From positions 26,848,001 to 26,912,000 of the forward strand of contig NC_086097.1 in the NCBI RefSeq assembly GCF_963921235.1: 64,000 bases of DNA, read 5' to 3'. The notes under the pieces are model-generated. The model did no database searches and had not been told where the DNA came from. It worked only from the letters and a program-made list of their open reading frames with translations. Positions 49,400-63,689 of the stretch are shown piece after piece. Source of the DNA: Mobula hypostoma (Eukaryota). How positions within the stretch are numbered: position 1 is the stretch's first letter; each line of letters begins with the position of its first letter. A program made the translations under genes and the position numbers.

Positions 49400-52300
49400 T
49401 GCCAAGGATGAACCTGGAGAATTTGACATCATCATCATCTCTCTACAAACCAAGCATTTGGCCGTTTTCTTCATAATTGCAGGAGACTTCAATCACATGA
49501 ACCTGCAGGACATTTCACCCAAATTCCACCAAGACGTCACCATGGCCACCAGAGAAACAAACAGACTGGACCATGTTTATATAAACTGATGTGATACTTA
49601 CAAAGCCATCCCACGCCCTCATCTTGGCCTCTCTGACCACATCTACATCGTGTTAATCCCAGCCTACTGACCGCTGCTGAAAATGGAGAAACCAGTCCAG
49701 AGGACCATCACTGTGTGGCCTAATGAGGCAATCTTTATGGTCCAGGATTGTTTTGAATGGACTAAATGGCAGATGTTCAAGGAGGCCCCCACAAGTAGAG
49801 AGCACACAGACCTTGAGGAATGTGCCTCATCTGTCACCGGCTACATCAGTAGGTGTGTAGATGACACTGGTACCTCAAGAACAGTCATCTTGTGACTCAA
49901 CCAGAAGCTCTGGCTGAACACTGGAGTGTGCACTCCCTACTGAAAGCCCAGATGCTGCCTTTAAATCTGATGGCAGAAAAGTTCTCAGAGCCAGCCAAGG
50001 GAAACTTCATCTTGTGTATCAAGAGGGCAAAGGCTGCCTACACACAAAAAAAAATTCAGGGGCACCTGTCCAATAATGATCCCTGGTGTATGTGGCTGGA
50101 CTTCACGAGGATTACTGACTATGCAAGGAAAAACAGCATCATGATGCCCCCTGACGTTCTAAACAACTTCTCTGTATGTTTTGAGGCATGCAATACAATG
50201 TTATTCCTGCCACACTGGACACTCACTAATATACTTACAGACAGAACCACTCTACAATAGATGCCATAGCCTCTGTCATGCACCTGGCACTGACACCTAG
50301 AAAACAAGGACAATTATGTCAGAATGCTTGTTTCCAGATTTCAGCTCAGCATTCAACACTATTGTTCCACAGACCTTGGTGAACGACTCCTCGGTCTAAG
50401 TACACCACTGTGCAACTGCATATTTGACTTTCTAATGAGCAGAACTCATGGTCAGGATCAAACTGCTCCTCCATCCTCATCCTCCTCACAGGTGCCCCCC
50501 AGGGCTGTGTGTTGAGCCCAATGGTGATACACTCTGCTCACACGTGACTGCACGGCCGAACACCCGAGTAATCACATTGTCAAGTTTGCTGTTGACACAA
50601 CAGAGGTGGGGCTCATCACCACAGGCCTATAGAGAGGAGGCGGAAGAGCTCAAGGCCTGGTGCCAGGAAAAAACCTCTTTCTCAATGTCAGCAAGACAAA
50701 GGAGATGGTACAGGTTTCCCCTGAGGGTAGAGCGTTCCTATGAAACGGTTCGTAAGCCCGTATGTCGTAAAGTGAAGAAGCAATTACCATTTATTTATAT
50801 GGGAAAATTTTGTGAGCATTCGCAAACCCAAAAATAACCTACCAAATCATGCCAAATAACACATAAAACCTAAAATAACAGTAACATATAGTAAAAGCAG
50901 GAATGATATGATAAATACACAGCTCATATAAAGTAGAAATACTTTTCCACGATCATTGCCTGAACTGTTCTCCATAGCGAAAAATCTCACGCAAGCGCCG
51001 TTGGCAAAAACACGGCGCAAGTGCTCTCCAGTAACCTTTAAGCTATGAAGCTGCCAAATCATACCAAATAACATAAAAATACACAGCCGATATAAAGTAT
51101 AAATAATGTATGTACAGTGTAGTATCACTTAGGGAATTGGGAAAATGCAGAGCATACTGATGGTGGTGTGTTAGACTGAGTCGTCGGAGTTTGGGTGGTG
51201 CAGTGGCCCCCACCCTCTGGGCAGCGAACCGATACTGATCCGCGAAGCATGCAGCGGTAGCTGGGAGGCACACAGCACATCTTTAAGAAAAAAACCGAAA
51301 TAAACATGCTAATTAATTAGGTGCCGCCCGGCACATAAATGTCAGCCCAGATCATTGCCGATTGCATCACCTCTGATCTGGGCCGACAATTACGTGCCGG
51401 GCGGTACCTAATTAATTAGCATGTTTATTTTGGCTTTTTTCTTAAAGATGTGCTGTGTGTCTCCCGGCTACCGCTGCATTCTCCGCGAATCGGTATCTAT
51501 CTGCGGCCTGGGTGTTGGGGTGGTGGGACACTGGGGTGTCATCTCATCGTCTGTTTCCATTAGAGCAGGCAGCTCATCTTCTCCTATGACTGCTCACCTC
51601 AATGTTGAAGGTCGAAGTTCGTCGTCTGCTGTGGCTGATGTGGAAGGCTTGCTTGACTGCTGAGCCTCGCGCATTTTTCCATCATACAGATCTTTGTAAG
51701 CACTCAAATATCCCCTAAACCGACGTACCCTTTCAAAATTAAAGTCGTACTTTATCATTCCTCATTCGATTTCGATTGTTATCTTTTCCTCTTCCAATTG
51801 CATCAGTTCTTCATCTATCAGTTCTTGGTCATGGGATGCCAAAACGTCTTCAACATCATCTTCGGCAGCTTCCACAAGCCAAACTCACTTAGTCCTTACT
51901 TCGTTCACCACGATCAAAACGCTTAATTATGTCTAATTTTACACTAAGTGTAACACCCTTACGAGCTCTTTTAGGCTTTTCCGATACCATAGAACTCATC
52001 TTGCAAATGGCTGCTCACAGATATGTGTTTAAGCAATGCCGGCAAGAATGCAGTTCCGAATCTGGGGGAGAGCGGCTGTTCGGGGCGCGCGCTGCCTTTT
52101 ATCACGCGCTGATTTTTTTTGCGTGCTGCTTTTTTCGTAACGGTGAAAACACCTGCTGTTAGCGAAAACAGGGTACTAATGTAAGTCTTTTGTAACAGTG
52201 AGGTTTCGTAAAGTGAGCGTTCGAAAAGCGGGGGACACCTGTAATCGACTCCAGGAGAACGCGCACACCTCTTTACATTGGTGCTGGGAAATGGCCAGCA

Positions 52301-52680
52301 ATATCATGAAGGATCCCACCCATCCTGCTCACAGACTGTGTATCCTACTCCAATCAGGAAGGAGGCTACATACCATCTACGCCAGGACAACCAGACTCAA
52401 AACAGTTATTTTCTCCAAGCAGCAAGGCTGATCAACACCTTCACCTACTAACCCCACCTCCACACCTCAAGACACCACTATTTTATCATTTCCCGTCAGT
52501 CACCATATGTACAGACACTCCTGTGCCTTGTGTCATTTTATAGACATCAATCTGTGTATATCCTATGTATTTATATTTATTGTGTTCTTAAGTTATGATT
52601 ATGTTTCTTTCTGTGCTGCATCAGATCCAGAGTAACAATTATTTCGTTCTTCCTTGCACTGTGTGCAGGAAATTACACAG
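49400..52680 (+). mobile_element. Rex1/Babar-like LINE remnant split by a Tigger-like element
   Basis: EN remnants IIAGDFNH, LDHVY and GLSDH. RT remnants DFSSAFNTI and GAPQGCVLSP. NVSKTKEMV|ID joins across the insertion. Confidence 0.7.
50711..52241 (-). mobile_element. Tigger/pogo-like non-autonomous DNA transposon with a large internal palindrome
   Basis: TA flanks (50709-10, 52242-43) and TIRs CAGGTTTCCCC / GGGGACACCTG. Minus-strand acidic remnant EDDVEDVLASHDQELIDEELMQLEEE resembles Tigger C-termini. Confidence 0.75.
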
Positions 52681-52684
52681 TGAA

Positions 52685-52835
52685 TCAGAGAGGGAGAGAG
52701 AGACACACAAGGATATGGGGTGTGTGAGAGAGATAGAGGGAGACAAGGACATGGGGAGTGTGAGAGATGGAGAGAGACAAGGACATGGGGAGTGAGGGGG
52801 GGGGGAGAGAGACATGGACAGACAGACAGAGAAAA
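52685..52835 (+). repeat. Purine-rich imperfect minisatellite
   Basis: Several copies of GAGA(G/C)ACAAGGA(C/T)ATGGGG.GTG at about 33-bp spacing. Confidence 0.6.
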
Positions 52836-53220
52836 GGAGACAAGCCCTCTTTCCCAGAATTGACACAAGTCCATGACAGTGCCAGAGGAGGTCTGGAGGG
52901 TTCCGTTGCTGAGATAGGGTTATAAAGTTGTACAGCTTGATTAGAGAAGTTCTTCAGATTAACTGCCTGGGGGAAGAATTTTTAAGATGGCATGAGGTTT
53001 TGATTTAATAGCCCTATAACGCTTTTCAGAAGGAGCTTTTGTGGAAAAGGCAGTTTGCAGGGTGGGTAGTTCCTGCAATGATTTTTCTTCTGCCGCTGCT
53101 TTGTGCTGGACACACAAAATGATAAATGCAAGTTGTGAGTGCTTCCCCAGCCAGCGATGAACCTGGTCTTGTCTTCATCTTCCATTCTTTGCTTCTTGAC
53201 CTTTGCGTGTTTCCCCACAG

Positions 53221-53328
53221 CCGGTGGTCTGCGGAGGTCACAGGTCGAAGTCGCGCCTTGCCCCACATCAAGACGTACATGAGGGTTTCGCCTGATTTTG
53301 AGGAGCTCGCGTGGTTTCTTGTCACAAG
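53221..53328 (+). CDS. TDP1: TDP1 coding exon (108 bp), [35 protein letters not shown](S), with the second HKN His and Lys
   Basis: tttccccacag acceptor, gtgaga donor, PHIKTY motif. Confidence 0.96.
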
Positions 53329-53677
53329 GTGAGAGATGGTTTAGTGTACATCGGTTGGTAAGGCTTAGATGCATAGGGGGTCAAGTGGTGGAGAAAGGTA
53401 AAGATAAGTAGTTCTTGGTGGGAAGAAGTTCCTGTTTTTGTGCTGTGTGAACATGGAACAGTATAACACAGGAATAGAAGTTTTGGCCCACAATGTTGTG
53501 CCAGACTAATTAAATGTATTATATTAAATGTATTAATGTCTTGTATTTACTTCCGCCACCACTCTTGGGGGTGCATTCCAGACATCCTCCTCTCTGTGTG
53601 TGTTTAAAAAAAATCTTGCCCCACACATCTCCTTTGCACTTAACCCCTCTCACATTAAATGTATGCCCTATTAGTAT

Positions 53678-53980
53678 AGGTGGCAAGGTAGCATAGGCAG
53701 GCTGAACGAGAGCATAAACTTCACAGTACCAACAAACAGGGCTCAGTTCCTGCCACCGTCTGTAAGGAGTTTGTACGTTCTCCCTCTGGCCACATGGGTT
53801 TTCTCCGAGCGCTCTGGTTTCCTCCCATGTTCCAAATTGTTCGGGTTCATGGGTTGTGGGCATGCCAGAAGCGTGGTAACACTTGCCCAGCACAGTCCTC
53901 ACTGATTTGGTTGGATGCCAAACGACTTATTTCACTGTATGCTTCAATGTACATCTGTACAGATAAAGCTAATCTTTGAT
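53678..53980 (+). mobile_element. V-SINE-like tRNA-derived SINE
   Basis: Central block gtctgtaaggagtttgtacgttctccc...gctctggtttcctccca. Related copies at about 56040-56340 (-), 62315-62610 (+), 40450-40705 (-) and 33090-33285 (-). Confidence 0.6.
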
Positions 53981-56909
53981 CCTTAATTATGCCATCTAGT
54001 TTGGTTATTAACAAGAAGTGGTAAGCTCCACTAATATCGGTGTCGTTTGGGGATCAGTACTTTTCTCTTTAATCATTGATCAACAAGTAGTGGGCTTACA
54101 CACACCACACGACAACATGCTGATACTGGAGTGTGGCTGGGGTGCCACTCTGACAGGGGTACTCCCTTGCAGAGGAGTTATGCAGTTGACCTCTCCGCTC
54201 ACTGCCATCTGCCCATCATCCTTCACCCTCTCAGTCCACCACTCACTTTCCGGTCCCTGTCTCACCAGTCCTCTCTGCTCTTTATTCCGACTATCTTCCC
54301 TCTCCATCCTCAACCCCCGATGCATCAAGAAATCCTCCCCCAGCCCCTCTCAAAGCCCCACAGATGCTGCTCAACCCACTGAATTCCTCCAGCAGACTGG
54401 TCTCCACTTTCCTGCCTCACTTCTCTCTTCCAAGGATCAATGCAGCTCAACTTCTGATGCATTATGCTTCAGAACTACAGCTCTCTGTGCTGGACCAGTC
54501 AAAAGGTTCATGACCACCTAAGTTTAAAAAAAGAACTTTGGTCTCTGTCTGGCCCTTACCTGAAGCTATCTACCCCAATCCGAGAACCCTCCCCCGATGT
54601 TTGCTTAATGCAAACCCCACTGTATTGGTCATTGGTCAGACTACATGTGAGGTATGTTGAGCAGTTTTGAGCCGCATGTCAAAGAAAGGTTTTGCTGGCC
54701 TTGGATAGGGTGCAGAGCAGGGTCACAAGAATGATTCTGGGAGTGAAAGGCTATGAGGAGTGTTTGATGGCTCTGGGCTTTTACTCATTGGAGTTTAGAA
54801 GAATGAGGGGGGTGTCTCATTGAAACCTATCGAATACTGAAAGGGCAAAATAGAGTGTGTATGAAGAGGATCTTTCCTGTTGTACAGGGATCTCTGACCA
54901 GAGGGCACAGCTGCGGAATACAGAGACATCCCCTTAGAACAGAGAAGAGGAGGAATTTCTTTAGCCAGGTGGTTGTGAATCTGTGGAATTCGTTGCCACG
55001 GTCAGCTGTGGAGTCTCTGTCGTTGGGTATATTTAAAGTGGAGGTTGATATTTTCTTGATTAGCAAGGTTACTGCGAGAGTAGGTTTGAAAGGGATAATA
55101 AATCAATTGTGATGGAATAGCAGAGCAGACATGATGGACCGAATGGCCTAATTCTGTTCTCACATCTTAATGGTGTTGTAGAAAACATGCTGACACCATC
55201 CACTCTGTGGAAGACCCAATGTCTTCAGTTTGCTTCGAAAATCATCAGGGGAATCTCCCTCAGAGCCTGAACCAACATTTAACGCTCAATCAACAGTTGA
55301 GTTATCTTCTCATTTATTAGATTGCTGTTTCTGACTATCTTATTATGCGCAGTCAAATCCCAACAATCTCATGCCATCTCTGAAGCCCTGAAATTTCTCA
55401 TTCATTTCTCCTTCAATTCTCCTTTGATTCTTTTTTCCACTTGACAACACAGAGGATAATTGGTAAATTGGTTTATTAGCATCATTTGTTCTGATACAGT
55501 GGAAAAACTTTGTTTTGCACACCATCCATACTGATTCTACAAAAGTGAGTACATCTAGGCAGTAAAGAGAAATGAATGAAAAATAGTGCTGCATTTACAC
55601 TTGCAGAGAAGTGCCGACAAATGAGGTGCAAGGGCCAGAGCGAGTTAGACTAAGAGATCAAGAGTCCATCTTTCAAAAGTTCATCTCTATTGTACAAGGG
55701 TCTTATGACAGCAGGATAGAAACTGTCCTTGACCCTGGTGATGTGTGCTTGCAAGCTTTTGTACTTTCTGCCTGATGAAAGGTGGGGGGGCTGTTAAGAG
55801 AGAACAACTGGTTTGGGTGGGGTCCTTTGCTTTTGTCAGATGCTTTCCTGAGGTCGCAAGATGCCTAGATGGAGTCAGTGGGCTGGAGGCAAAGGCTGGT
55901 TTGTGTGATGGACTGGGCTGCGTCCACAACTCTGCAGTTTCTTGTGAGCATTTGAAGCATCTGAATCACAGGATGCTCTCTACGGTACCTCTATAAAAGT
56001 TAGTGAATGTCAAAGATCAAGATTTAAAGATTAAAGATCAGCCGCCTTTGTCACATTTGAAACATGCAGAGAAATGCAATGTTTGTGTTAACAACCAACA
56101 CAGACCATATGTTGGGGCAGCCTGCAAGTGTCACCATACTTTCTGTGCCATCGTTGCATACCCACAACTTACTAACCCTAATTGTACGTCTTTGGAATTT
56201 GGGAGGAAACCAGAGAACTTGGAGCAAACCCACATGTCCACAGGGAGAACGTACAAACTCCTTACAGTTGGTGGTGAGAATTGAATTACGATCACTAGTG
56301 CTGTAAAGCACTATGCCAACTGCTACCTTACTGTACCACCGGCAACAGGGACATGCCCAATTTCCTTAGCCTCTGAGGAGGTAGAGGTGTTTGTGTACCT
56401 AACCAACCCCAACATCTTTAGAATGCAGGAAGAAACCAGAGCCCCTGTAGAATCTGAAATGGTCACTGAGGGAACTTGCGGACTCCACATAGGCAGCACC
56501 TGAAGTCAGGTTTGATGCCAGGTGTCTGATGCTGTGAGGCAGTGGCTCTACCCCCTGGGCAAGGTTCGAAGGTTTGTTTGGGCTGCTCATCCTTGCGTAG
56601 GAGAGGGATGGGTTGTCCTGAAGAAAGGTCTTGCCCTGAAATGTTGACTGATGTTCATTTGTATAGATGCTGCCCAACCTGTTGAGTTCCTCCAGCAATT
56701 TGAGTGTGTTGAATGTGTTGTTACCCAGTTTGCTTGTTACCTAGCTGCCTCCGGGAAGGTCATATCTGTGTTGCTTGTGTATCTTGAGACATTGATTGTG
56801 AGGGGTAGTTTAAGTCAGATTAATAAATCAGATGAATTATTTATCACCTGTACATCAAAATATAGAAAGAAGTGTGTTGTTTGTTAAAATTCAGCACACC
56901 CAAGGATGT

Positions 56910-57105
56910 AACACACAAAATGCTGAAGGAACTCAGCAGATCAGGCAACATCCATGGAAAAGAGTAAGTAAACAGTTGACGTTTTGGGCCGAGGCCCTTC
57001 TCCAGTCCTGATGAAGGGCCTCGGCCTGAAATGTCAACTGTTTACTCTTTTCCATAGATGCTGCCTGATCTGCTGAGTTCCTCCAGCATTTTGCGTATGT
57101 TGCTT
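56910..57105. mobile_element. Palindromic short Penelope derivative with a central hammerhead motif (57003-57040, +)
   Basis: Inverted arms of about 90 bp; centre CAGTC-CTGATGA-AGGGCCTCGGCCT-GAAA-TGTC-AACTG. Confidence 0.8.
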
Positions 57106-57566
57106 TGTTCAAAGTTCAAAGTAAAATTTATTATCAGAGTACATACTTGTCACCATGTACAACCCTGAGATACTTTTTCTGCAGGCAAATCTATAGGACA
57201 GTAACTGTAAACATCAGGAACTGTTAACTGTAAACAAACTGCGTACAAATGCAGATATAAATAAATAGCAATAAAACCGAGCATGAGATAACAATATAAC
57301 AGAGTCCTTAAAGGAATGTCGTTAACCCCTTTTGTTCAAGAGCCTGATGGTTGTGGGGTAGTAATTGTTCTTGAACCTGGTGGTGTGAATCCTGAGGCTC
57401 TTCTACCTTCTACCTGATGGCATCAGTAAGGAAAGAGCGCGGCCTGGGTGGTGAGGATCTTTGATGATGGATGCTGTTTTTCTATGGCAACGTTTCATAT
57501 AGATGTGCTCAAAGGTTGGGAGGGCTTTACCGGTGTTGTACTGGGCTGAATCCACTACCTTTTGTA
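57106..57566 (-). mobile_element. Rex1/Babar-like LINE 3' end
   Basis: LQKVVDSAQY...KTASIIKDPHHPG...PSGRR on the minus strand; tail of TTTGAAC repeats. Confidence 0.7.
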
Positions 57567-60500
57567 GGATTTCCAGCTTCTGCAGATTTTCTGGTGGTTG
57601 TAACGTCCAACGATGTGCCTGGACAGCCTGCAAGTGTCAGCACTCATTCCAGCACCAGCTTAGCACGTCCACAATGTTCGCAGGCAATAGCAACAGAAAA
57701 TAACAGCAAAACAGGCCCCTTGCACCCCTCCCAGCAACCCATCCCTTCTGCCTTCATTTTGTATGTAAGGCATGGCTTTGATGGGAATCTGATCTGAAGT
57801 GCTCCACGTTAAATGTTCGGGGTGTCAATCGTGATTCAGTTGTCGAGGGAAAAGCCCACCTCAGTTTGATTCCCTATTTCAATTTCATCTCAGAGAAGTG
57901 ATGAGGGTGCTGTACTCTGTCACTATCTACGAGCTTCCTGGTGTGATAGGCTTTTGGAGATTATTAGATCTGATTGTTATCTGCCTTTAGTGTGTGTGAC
58001 GCTCTTTCCCTGCAGATGAGCCTTCTGAGTGTAGCACACATATCTAACCGTTGGTAGTACTCTGCCTCGGAGTCAGAAGGACTTCAGTTCAAGTCCCATT
58101 CCAATGTCTAAAGCCCAAGATTATTGGTTGTCACTTTAGCGTATGTTTGCTTTGAGGGGGTGTAACCGTAACTGCTTCGGTTTGCATGCAGGTTCAGATT
58201 TAGGTTTATTTATCACATGTACGTCGAAACATACAGTGAAATTCGTAATTTGCGTTAACAGCCAACACTAAAGGTGTGCTGTGGGCAGCCCGCAGGTGTC
58301 CCACACACATTCCGGTGCCAACATAGTGTGCCCACAACGCTCAGCAGAACAACAGAGAACACAACAAGCAACAAAACTACAGTCTCTGGGCCTTCAGGCT
58401 TCGGCTGTCGGGTTACGATTTCTAGATTTGTGATCGACCTTTCTAAATGGTCCATGAGTCCATAAACAATACCTCACTGTGTTGCTCTGTTTTTGCACTG
58501 CTTTATTTTTCAATATTTCTTATTGTAACTTACAGTGATTTAACTTGTAGTCATTTTTTTTCTGCTGTCTTAAAAAGTCAGATTTCAGGGCGTATGTAAT
58601 TGACAATAAACCGGACTCTAATTCTGAGCCCAGTTACCAGAACTTGACCCACGAGGACCTGATTGTATGTGTTATTGGAATTGGTTTATTACTGCTGCAG
58701 TGAAAAACTTCGTTTTGCAAGCCACCCGTACAGATAATTTCAAAATGTAAGTACATCGAGGTAGTACGGGGAAAAGCAATAACAGAATGCAGAACAAAGT
58801 GTTACATTTAGAGAGTACTAATTTAAGGGAAGGATTTGGATTCAAATGCTTACCCATGTTGATAGGGGGGAAAAAAAGTAGTTACAGGTGTCATGCACTT
58901 GTACCAAAGTTACAGGCAACTTTTTGAAAGTTAATGTTACGTGACTTTGGATCTACATCAGTGGATACAGTTTCACAAGGAGAGTTCAAGTTTAATTATA
59001 TGAGATGGAGATCAAGAGTTCAGCTTTATAGTACAAGAGTGTCATAACAGCGTGACAGAAGTTGTCCTTGAGTCTGGTCGAGTATCTTTTCAACCTTTTG
59101 TATCTTCAACCTGATTGGGGGGGTGGGGGGAGGGAAGTATAGAGAACGTATGGGGTGGGAAGTGTCTTTGATTCTTTTGACTGCTTTCATAGAACGTAAA
59201 ACAGTGTAGCACAGTACAGACCCTGTAGTGTTGTGCCAGCCCTTTAACCTACTCCAAGATCACTCTAAACCTTTCACTCCATTTTTATTTCATCCCCGTG
59301 TCTATTTAGAGAGATTCTTAAATGTCCCAAATGTATCCACTTCGACCACCACCCTGGCTGGGTGCTCCATGAACCCATCACCCTCTACGTTAAAATAAAA
59401 ACAACTCCCTCTGACATCCCACTTGTATTTTCCTAAAATGATGCCCTCTCATATTAACCGTTACCACCTTGGGGAAAAGGGTCTCTGGCTGTCCACTCTA
59501 TCAATACCTCATATCATCTTGTACACCTCTATCAAGTCACCTCTCATCCTCTTTCACTCCAAAAGGAAAAGCCCCTAGCTCATTCAACCTTATCTGATAA
59601 GATGTGCTCTCTAGTCCAGGCCACGTCTTGGTAAATCTCCTCTGCATCCTCTCACACTCTTTGTATACTGAATCAACCAGAGTGGGAAAATTTGCAGTTT
59701 TTAAATTTAGTCTGTCAGATATTTATCCAGTTCCCTTTTCAAAGTAACTTAGATTTCCTGACACAGGGTCTCGACCTGAAACATCGACCATCGTTTTGCT
59801 TCCTCAGGTGCTGCCTGATCCGTCAGGTTGTTCCAGCAGTTTGCTTTCTTTTCACCTTTTTTTTCAGGCGATGCGACTTCTCCTCATCTTGTCCTGCTTT
59901 CTTTGTTAATTCACCTTACAGCTGAGTAATTACACGTTGTATCAGTTTCTGATGTGACTTCCTAATGAATGGTGCTGTTGAAATTGCAACATCATCATTC
60001 TGCTAATGTAAGTTGTAATTAACTCCCAGGATCTGTGGTTCCTTCAGTACTGCACAATTTGGCAAAGTAAATGTCATGACATTAACTTCTGCCATAAACA
60101 CAAGAGATTCTACAGATGCCGGAGGAACTCAGCAGGTCAGGCTACACCTATGGAGGGGAATAAACAGTCAACGTTTTGGGCCAAGACCCTTCCTAACCTG
60201 CTTGGTTCAAGTCAACTTTATTGTCTCTTAACTATGTACATGTATTCCGCCAAACAAGGCAACGTTTCTCCGGTCCAGGTGTGAAGTGCGGTAGTACATG
60301 TAACACGCAATAACTTGGGAAAGTAAGGATTAAATCTAAAATTGAAGTGCTCAGAGATAAAATGCATGTATTAAAAATTTGCAGGGTACAGTACAAATTA
60401 TCCAGTGACGCTTCAAATATGAAGTGGTCCAGAGTTCAGAAGCCTGATGGCCTGAGGGAAGAAACTGTTTCTCGTGCTGACCATTCTTGTCTTTATACAT

Positions 60501-60789
60501 TGGAGTCTCCTGCCTGATGGTAGAATGTCAAAGAGGATGGTGAATAGATGGGTGGGATACTACATACGTATCTGACTGACTGAAACACAATGTCCATTGG
60601 GTACACAAGAATCCTGCTTTGTAAAGTTTTGTTAATTCCTAACACAATCAACTTAATGTCACTTGGTTGGAAGACTGTACTTGTCATACAAGTCAGATAT
60701 AAATAACCTGATTTAGATTCTGGACAGCAGTAAAGTTCATCCCAATATCATGGCCAACATTCAATGTTCAACCAGCGTTAGATGATTTG

Positions 60790-61190
60790 CACAAGAGGTT
60801 CTGCAGATGTTGGAAATCCAGAGCAACACACACAAAACGCTGGAGGAACTCAGAAGGTCGGGCATCATCTATGGAGAGGAACAAATAGTTGACGTTTTGG
60901 GCTGACCTCCTTCATCAGGACTGGAAGGGAAGGGGGAGGAAGAGCAGTACAAGCTGACAGGTGATAGGTGAGACCAGGTGAGGGTGGGGAATGGTAGGAG
61001 GAGGGGCTCGAGAGTGAGGTGATGGTCATGTGAGGAGAAGAGGAGGGTAAAAAGGGAACCAAAATGGGGAATGGAAAGAGAGAAGGGGGAGAGGGAGAAA
61101 TTACCAGAAGGTAGACAATTCAATTTCATGATGTCTGGTTGGAGGTTACCCAGACACGATATGAATTGTTGCTCCTCCACCCTGAGAGCG
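60790..61190 (-). mobile_element. Penelope 3' fragment
   Basis: EEQQFISCLGNLQPDIM on the minus strand and a degenerate hammerhead CTGATGA...CCCAAAACGTC. Confidence 0.75.
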
Positions 61191-61934
61191 CCAAACTTTA
61201 GAAGACGTTTGAGAACTGACAGACGTCTGTCACTTTGATTCTGTACTCACTTGCCTTACAATCATGTTTGCTTTGAACAGGTGTTCTGAGAATTTGAATA
61301 AAACACGTCTTGCGAATTGTTGCAGCCAAGAGCCTTGCTTTGTTCATAACTTGGTTCTGACACTATCATAAACACAAGATATTCTACAGATGCTGGAAAT
61401 CTTGAGGAACACACACAAAATGCTGGAGGAACTCAGCAAGTCAGGCAGCAGCTATGGAGGGGATTAAGCAGTTGACGTTTTGTGCCAGGACCTTTCATCG
61501 GCTTGTTTATTTGGCAGCCTGTGCACTGTGTGCCGTCTACAAAACGCTCTGCAGTTACTCACCCAGGCTACTGCAGTCACACTTACTCAGACCCACCACC
61601 GGTAACACCAAGAGGAACAAGGGCACAAAGTGCTAGGGATCATCTCCTCCTGGGAAATATGTCGTAAGTCCTTCATTGTCACTAGGCCAAAATGCCACTC
61701 CCACCTTGCTGACGATGGTCCTCGGCCTAAAATGTCTACTGTTTATTTACCTCCATAGATGCTGCCTGGCCTGCTGAGTTCCTCCAGCATTTTGAGAATT
61801 GCTCTGAGAATCTTGGTCAGTATGGACCAGTTGGGCCGAAGGGCCTGTTTCTGTGCTATAAAGCTCTGCAGTGAATTACTAATGAGCTCAGTGCTGGTGT
61901 TGACTGACAGCTGTCCTTCTGTTTTGAACTTCAG

Positions 61935-62037
61935 CGCCAACCTCTCCAAGGCTGCCTGGGGAATGCTGGAGAAAAACGGCATTCAGCTGATGATCCGCTC
62001 TTACGAACTAGGAGTCCTGTACCTGCCTGAGGCCTTC
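61935..62037 (+). CDS. TDP1: TDP1 coding exon (103 bp), [34 protein letters not shown]
   Basis: acttcag acceptor, gtaagt donor. [10 protein letters not shown] and IRSYELGV motifs. Confidence 0.96.
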
Positions 62038-62639
62038 GTAAGTTCCCTTCTGAAACTATGTTCACGCATCACTTCATTTAACCATGGGCTAAGAATAGCC
62101 ACACATATCTGTTTCATTCTTAATGGCAAATCAGCTCCTTCACCTTCCCTTCTTGCTTTGTGGCGGTTGAAGCCATGATTTGCACGAGCGCTAATGGCTG
62201 ACAATGTTGGGAGGTGTGAATTTGTCTACTTTGACAATGGAACAGAAAAGAGCCACGTTGTCAGAATGCTGAGAGATTGCAGAGTCGTGAGACACGGCAG
62301 GCCCTGAGTATCTTTGTACGGTAGTGTAGCGATTAGGGTAATGCTTTAGACTGCCAGCGATCAGGGTTCGATTCCTGCCCCTGCTTGTAAGGAGTTTGTA
62401 TGTTCTCTGCATCACTGAGTGGATTTCCTTTCACATTAAAACAACATACTGATTGGTAGGGTTAGTAAGTTATGGGCATGCTATGTTTAGACCAGATACT
62501 TGGCGACTGACCCCCAGCACAAATTCTTGGACCACGTTGGTCATTGATACAAATGTTGCATTTCACTGTATGTTTCAATATGCATGTGACAGATAAAACA
62601 CATCTTTGTTTTTATCTTTTATCATTAAGGGGCTTTATC

Positions 62640-63330
62640 GTCAGTTTGCAGATACACCACAGTAGTGGGCCGTACTCCAATAATGATGATCAGAGTACAG
62701 GAATGACATAGCGAGCGTAGTGACATGGTGACATCTTTTTCTCGGTGTCATTGGCTTCAGGAAAGGCACATGCAGTGCACATGCTTCTCTCTACAACAGT
62801 ACTGAGGTCAAGAGGGTTGAGAGCTTTCATTTCCAGTAGACTATTCTGGTCCAACCACAAAGACACTCAGCAGCGCCTCTACTTCCTCAACACGCTAAAG
62901 AAATCTGACAAGTCCCCTTTGACCCTCACCAATTTTTATCAATGCGCCACAGTAAACATCCTATCTGGATGTATCAAGGCTTGGTATGGCAACTGCTCTG
63001 CCCCTGACCACCAGAAACCACAGAGAGTTATCGACACAGCTCAGCCAGTACAACAACCAGCCCACCCCACCCCCCAAACATGGACTCCATCTGTATTTCT
63101 CGCTGCCTCAGTAAAGCAACCAGCAAAGTCAAAGACCCCACCCACACCAGACATTCTCTCTTCTGCCCTCTCCCATCAGGCAGAAGATACAAAAATACAA
63201 AAGTACGTACCAGCAGGCTGAAGGGTAGCTTCTACCCTGCTGTTAAAACACGATTGAATGGTTCCCTAGGATGATATGATGGACCTTTGACCTCATAATC
63301 TACCTTGTTTGGATCTTGCACTTATTGTCG
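62640..63330 (+). mobile_element. Rex1/Babar-like LINE 3' fragment
   Basis: QQRLYFL..LKK, LTNFYQC...ILSGCIKAWYGN and KDPTH...LPSGRRY remnants. Confidence 0.7.
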
Positions 63331-63689
63331 AACTGCAGATAAGATGTAGTCATTGAAAACTTCATCAGTATCCTCTGTCTCCAGGCACAGACTGCCATTT
63401 GCAACACTAGTCTTCAGTAGTTCAAACCGAAAGTAAATTTATTATCAAAGTGCATGTTTGTCACTATATAAAAGCCATTCATTTTCTTGTGGGCATTCAC
63501 AGTAAATACAAGCAATCAATGAAAGACCGTGCCCAATAGGACAGACAAACAACTGATGTGGAGGAGAAAACGACAAACTGTGCAAATACAGAACAGAAAG
63601 AGGGGAAAAAAAGAAAAAACAATAAATAAATTAGCAATAAATATTGAGAACATAAATGAAACGTCTTTGAAATCTGTAAATTTGAAAGC

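Noticed and set aside
62315..62385. tRNA gene suggested by GGTTCGATTCC (also at about 9112 and 58085)
   Set aside because: No full cloverleaf can be drawn and each is followed by SINE body sequence, so these are SINE heads.
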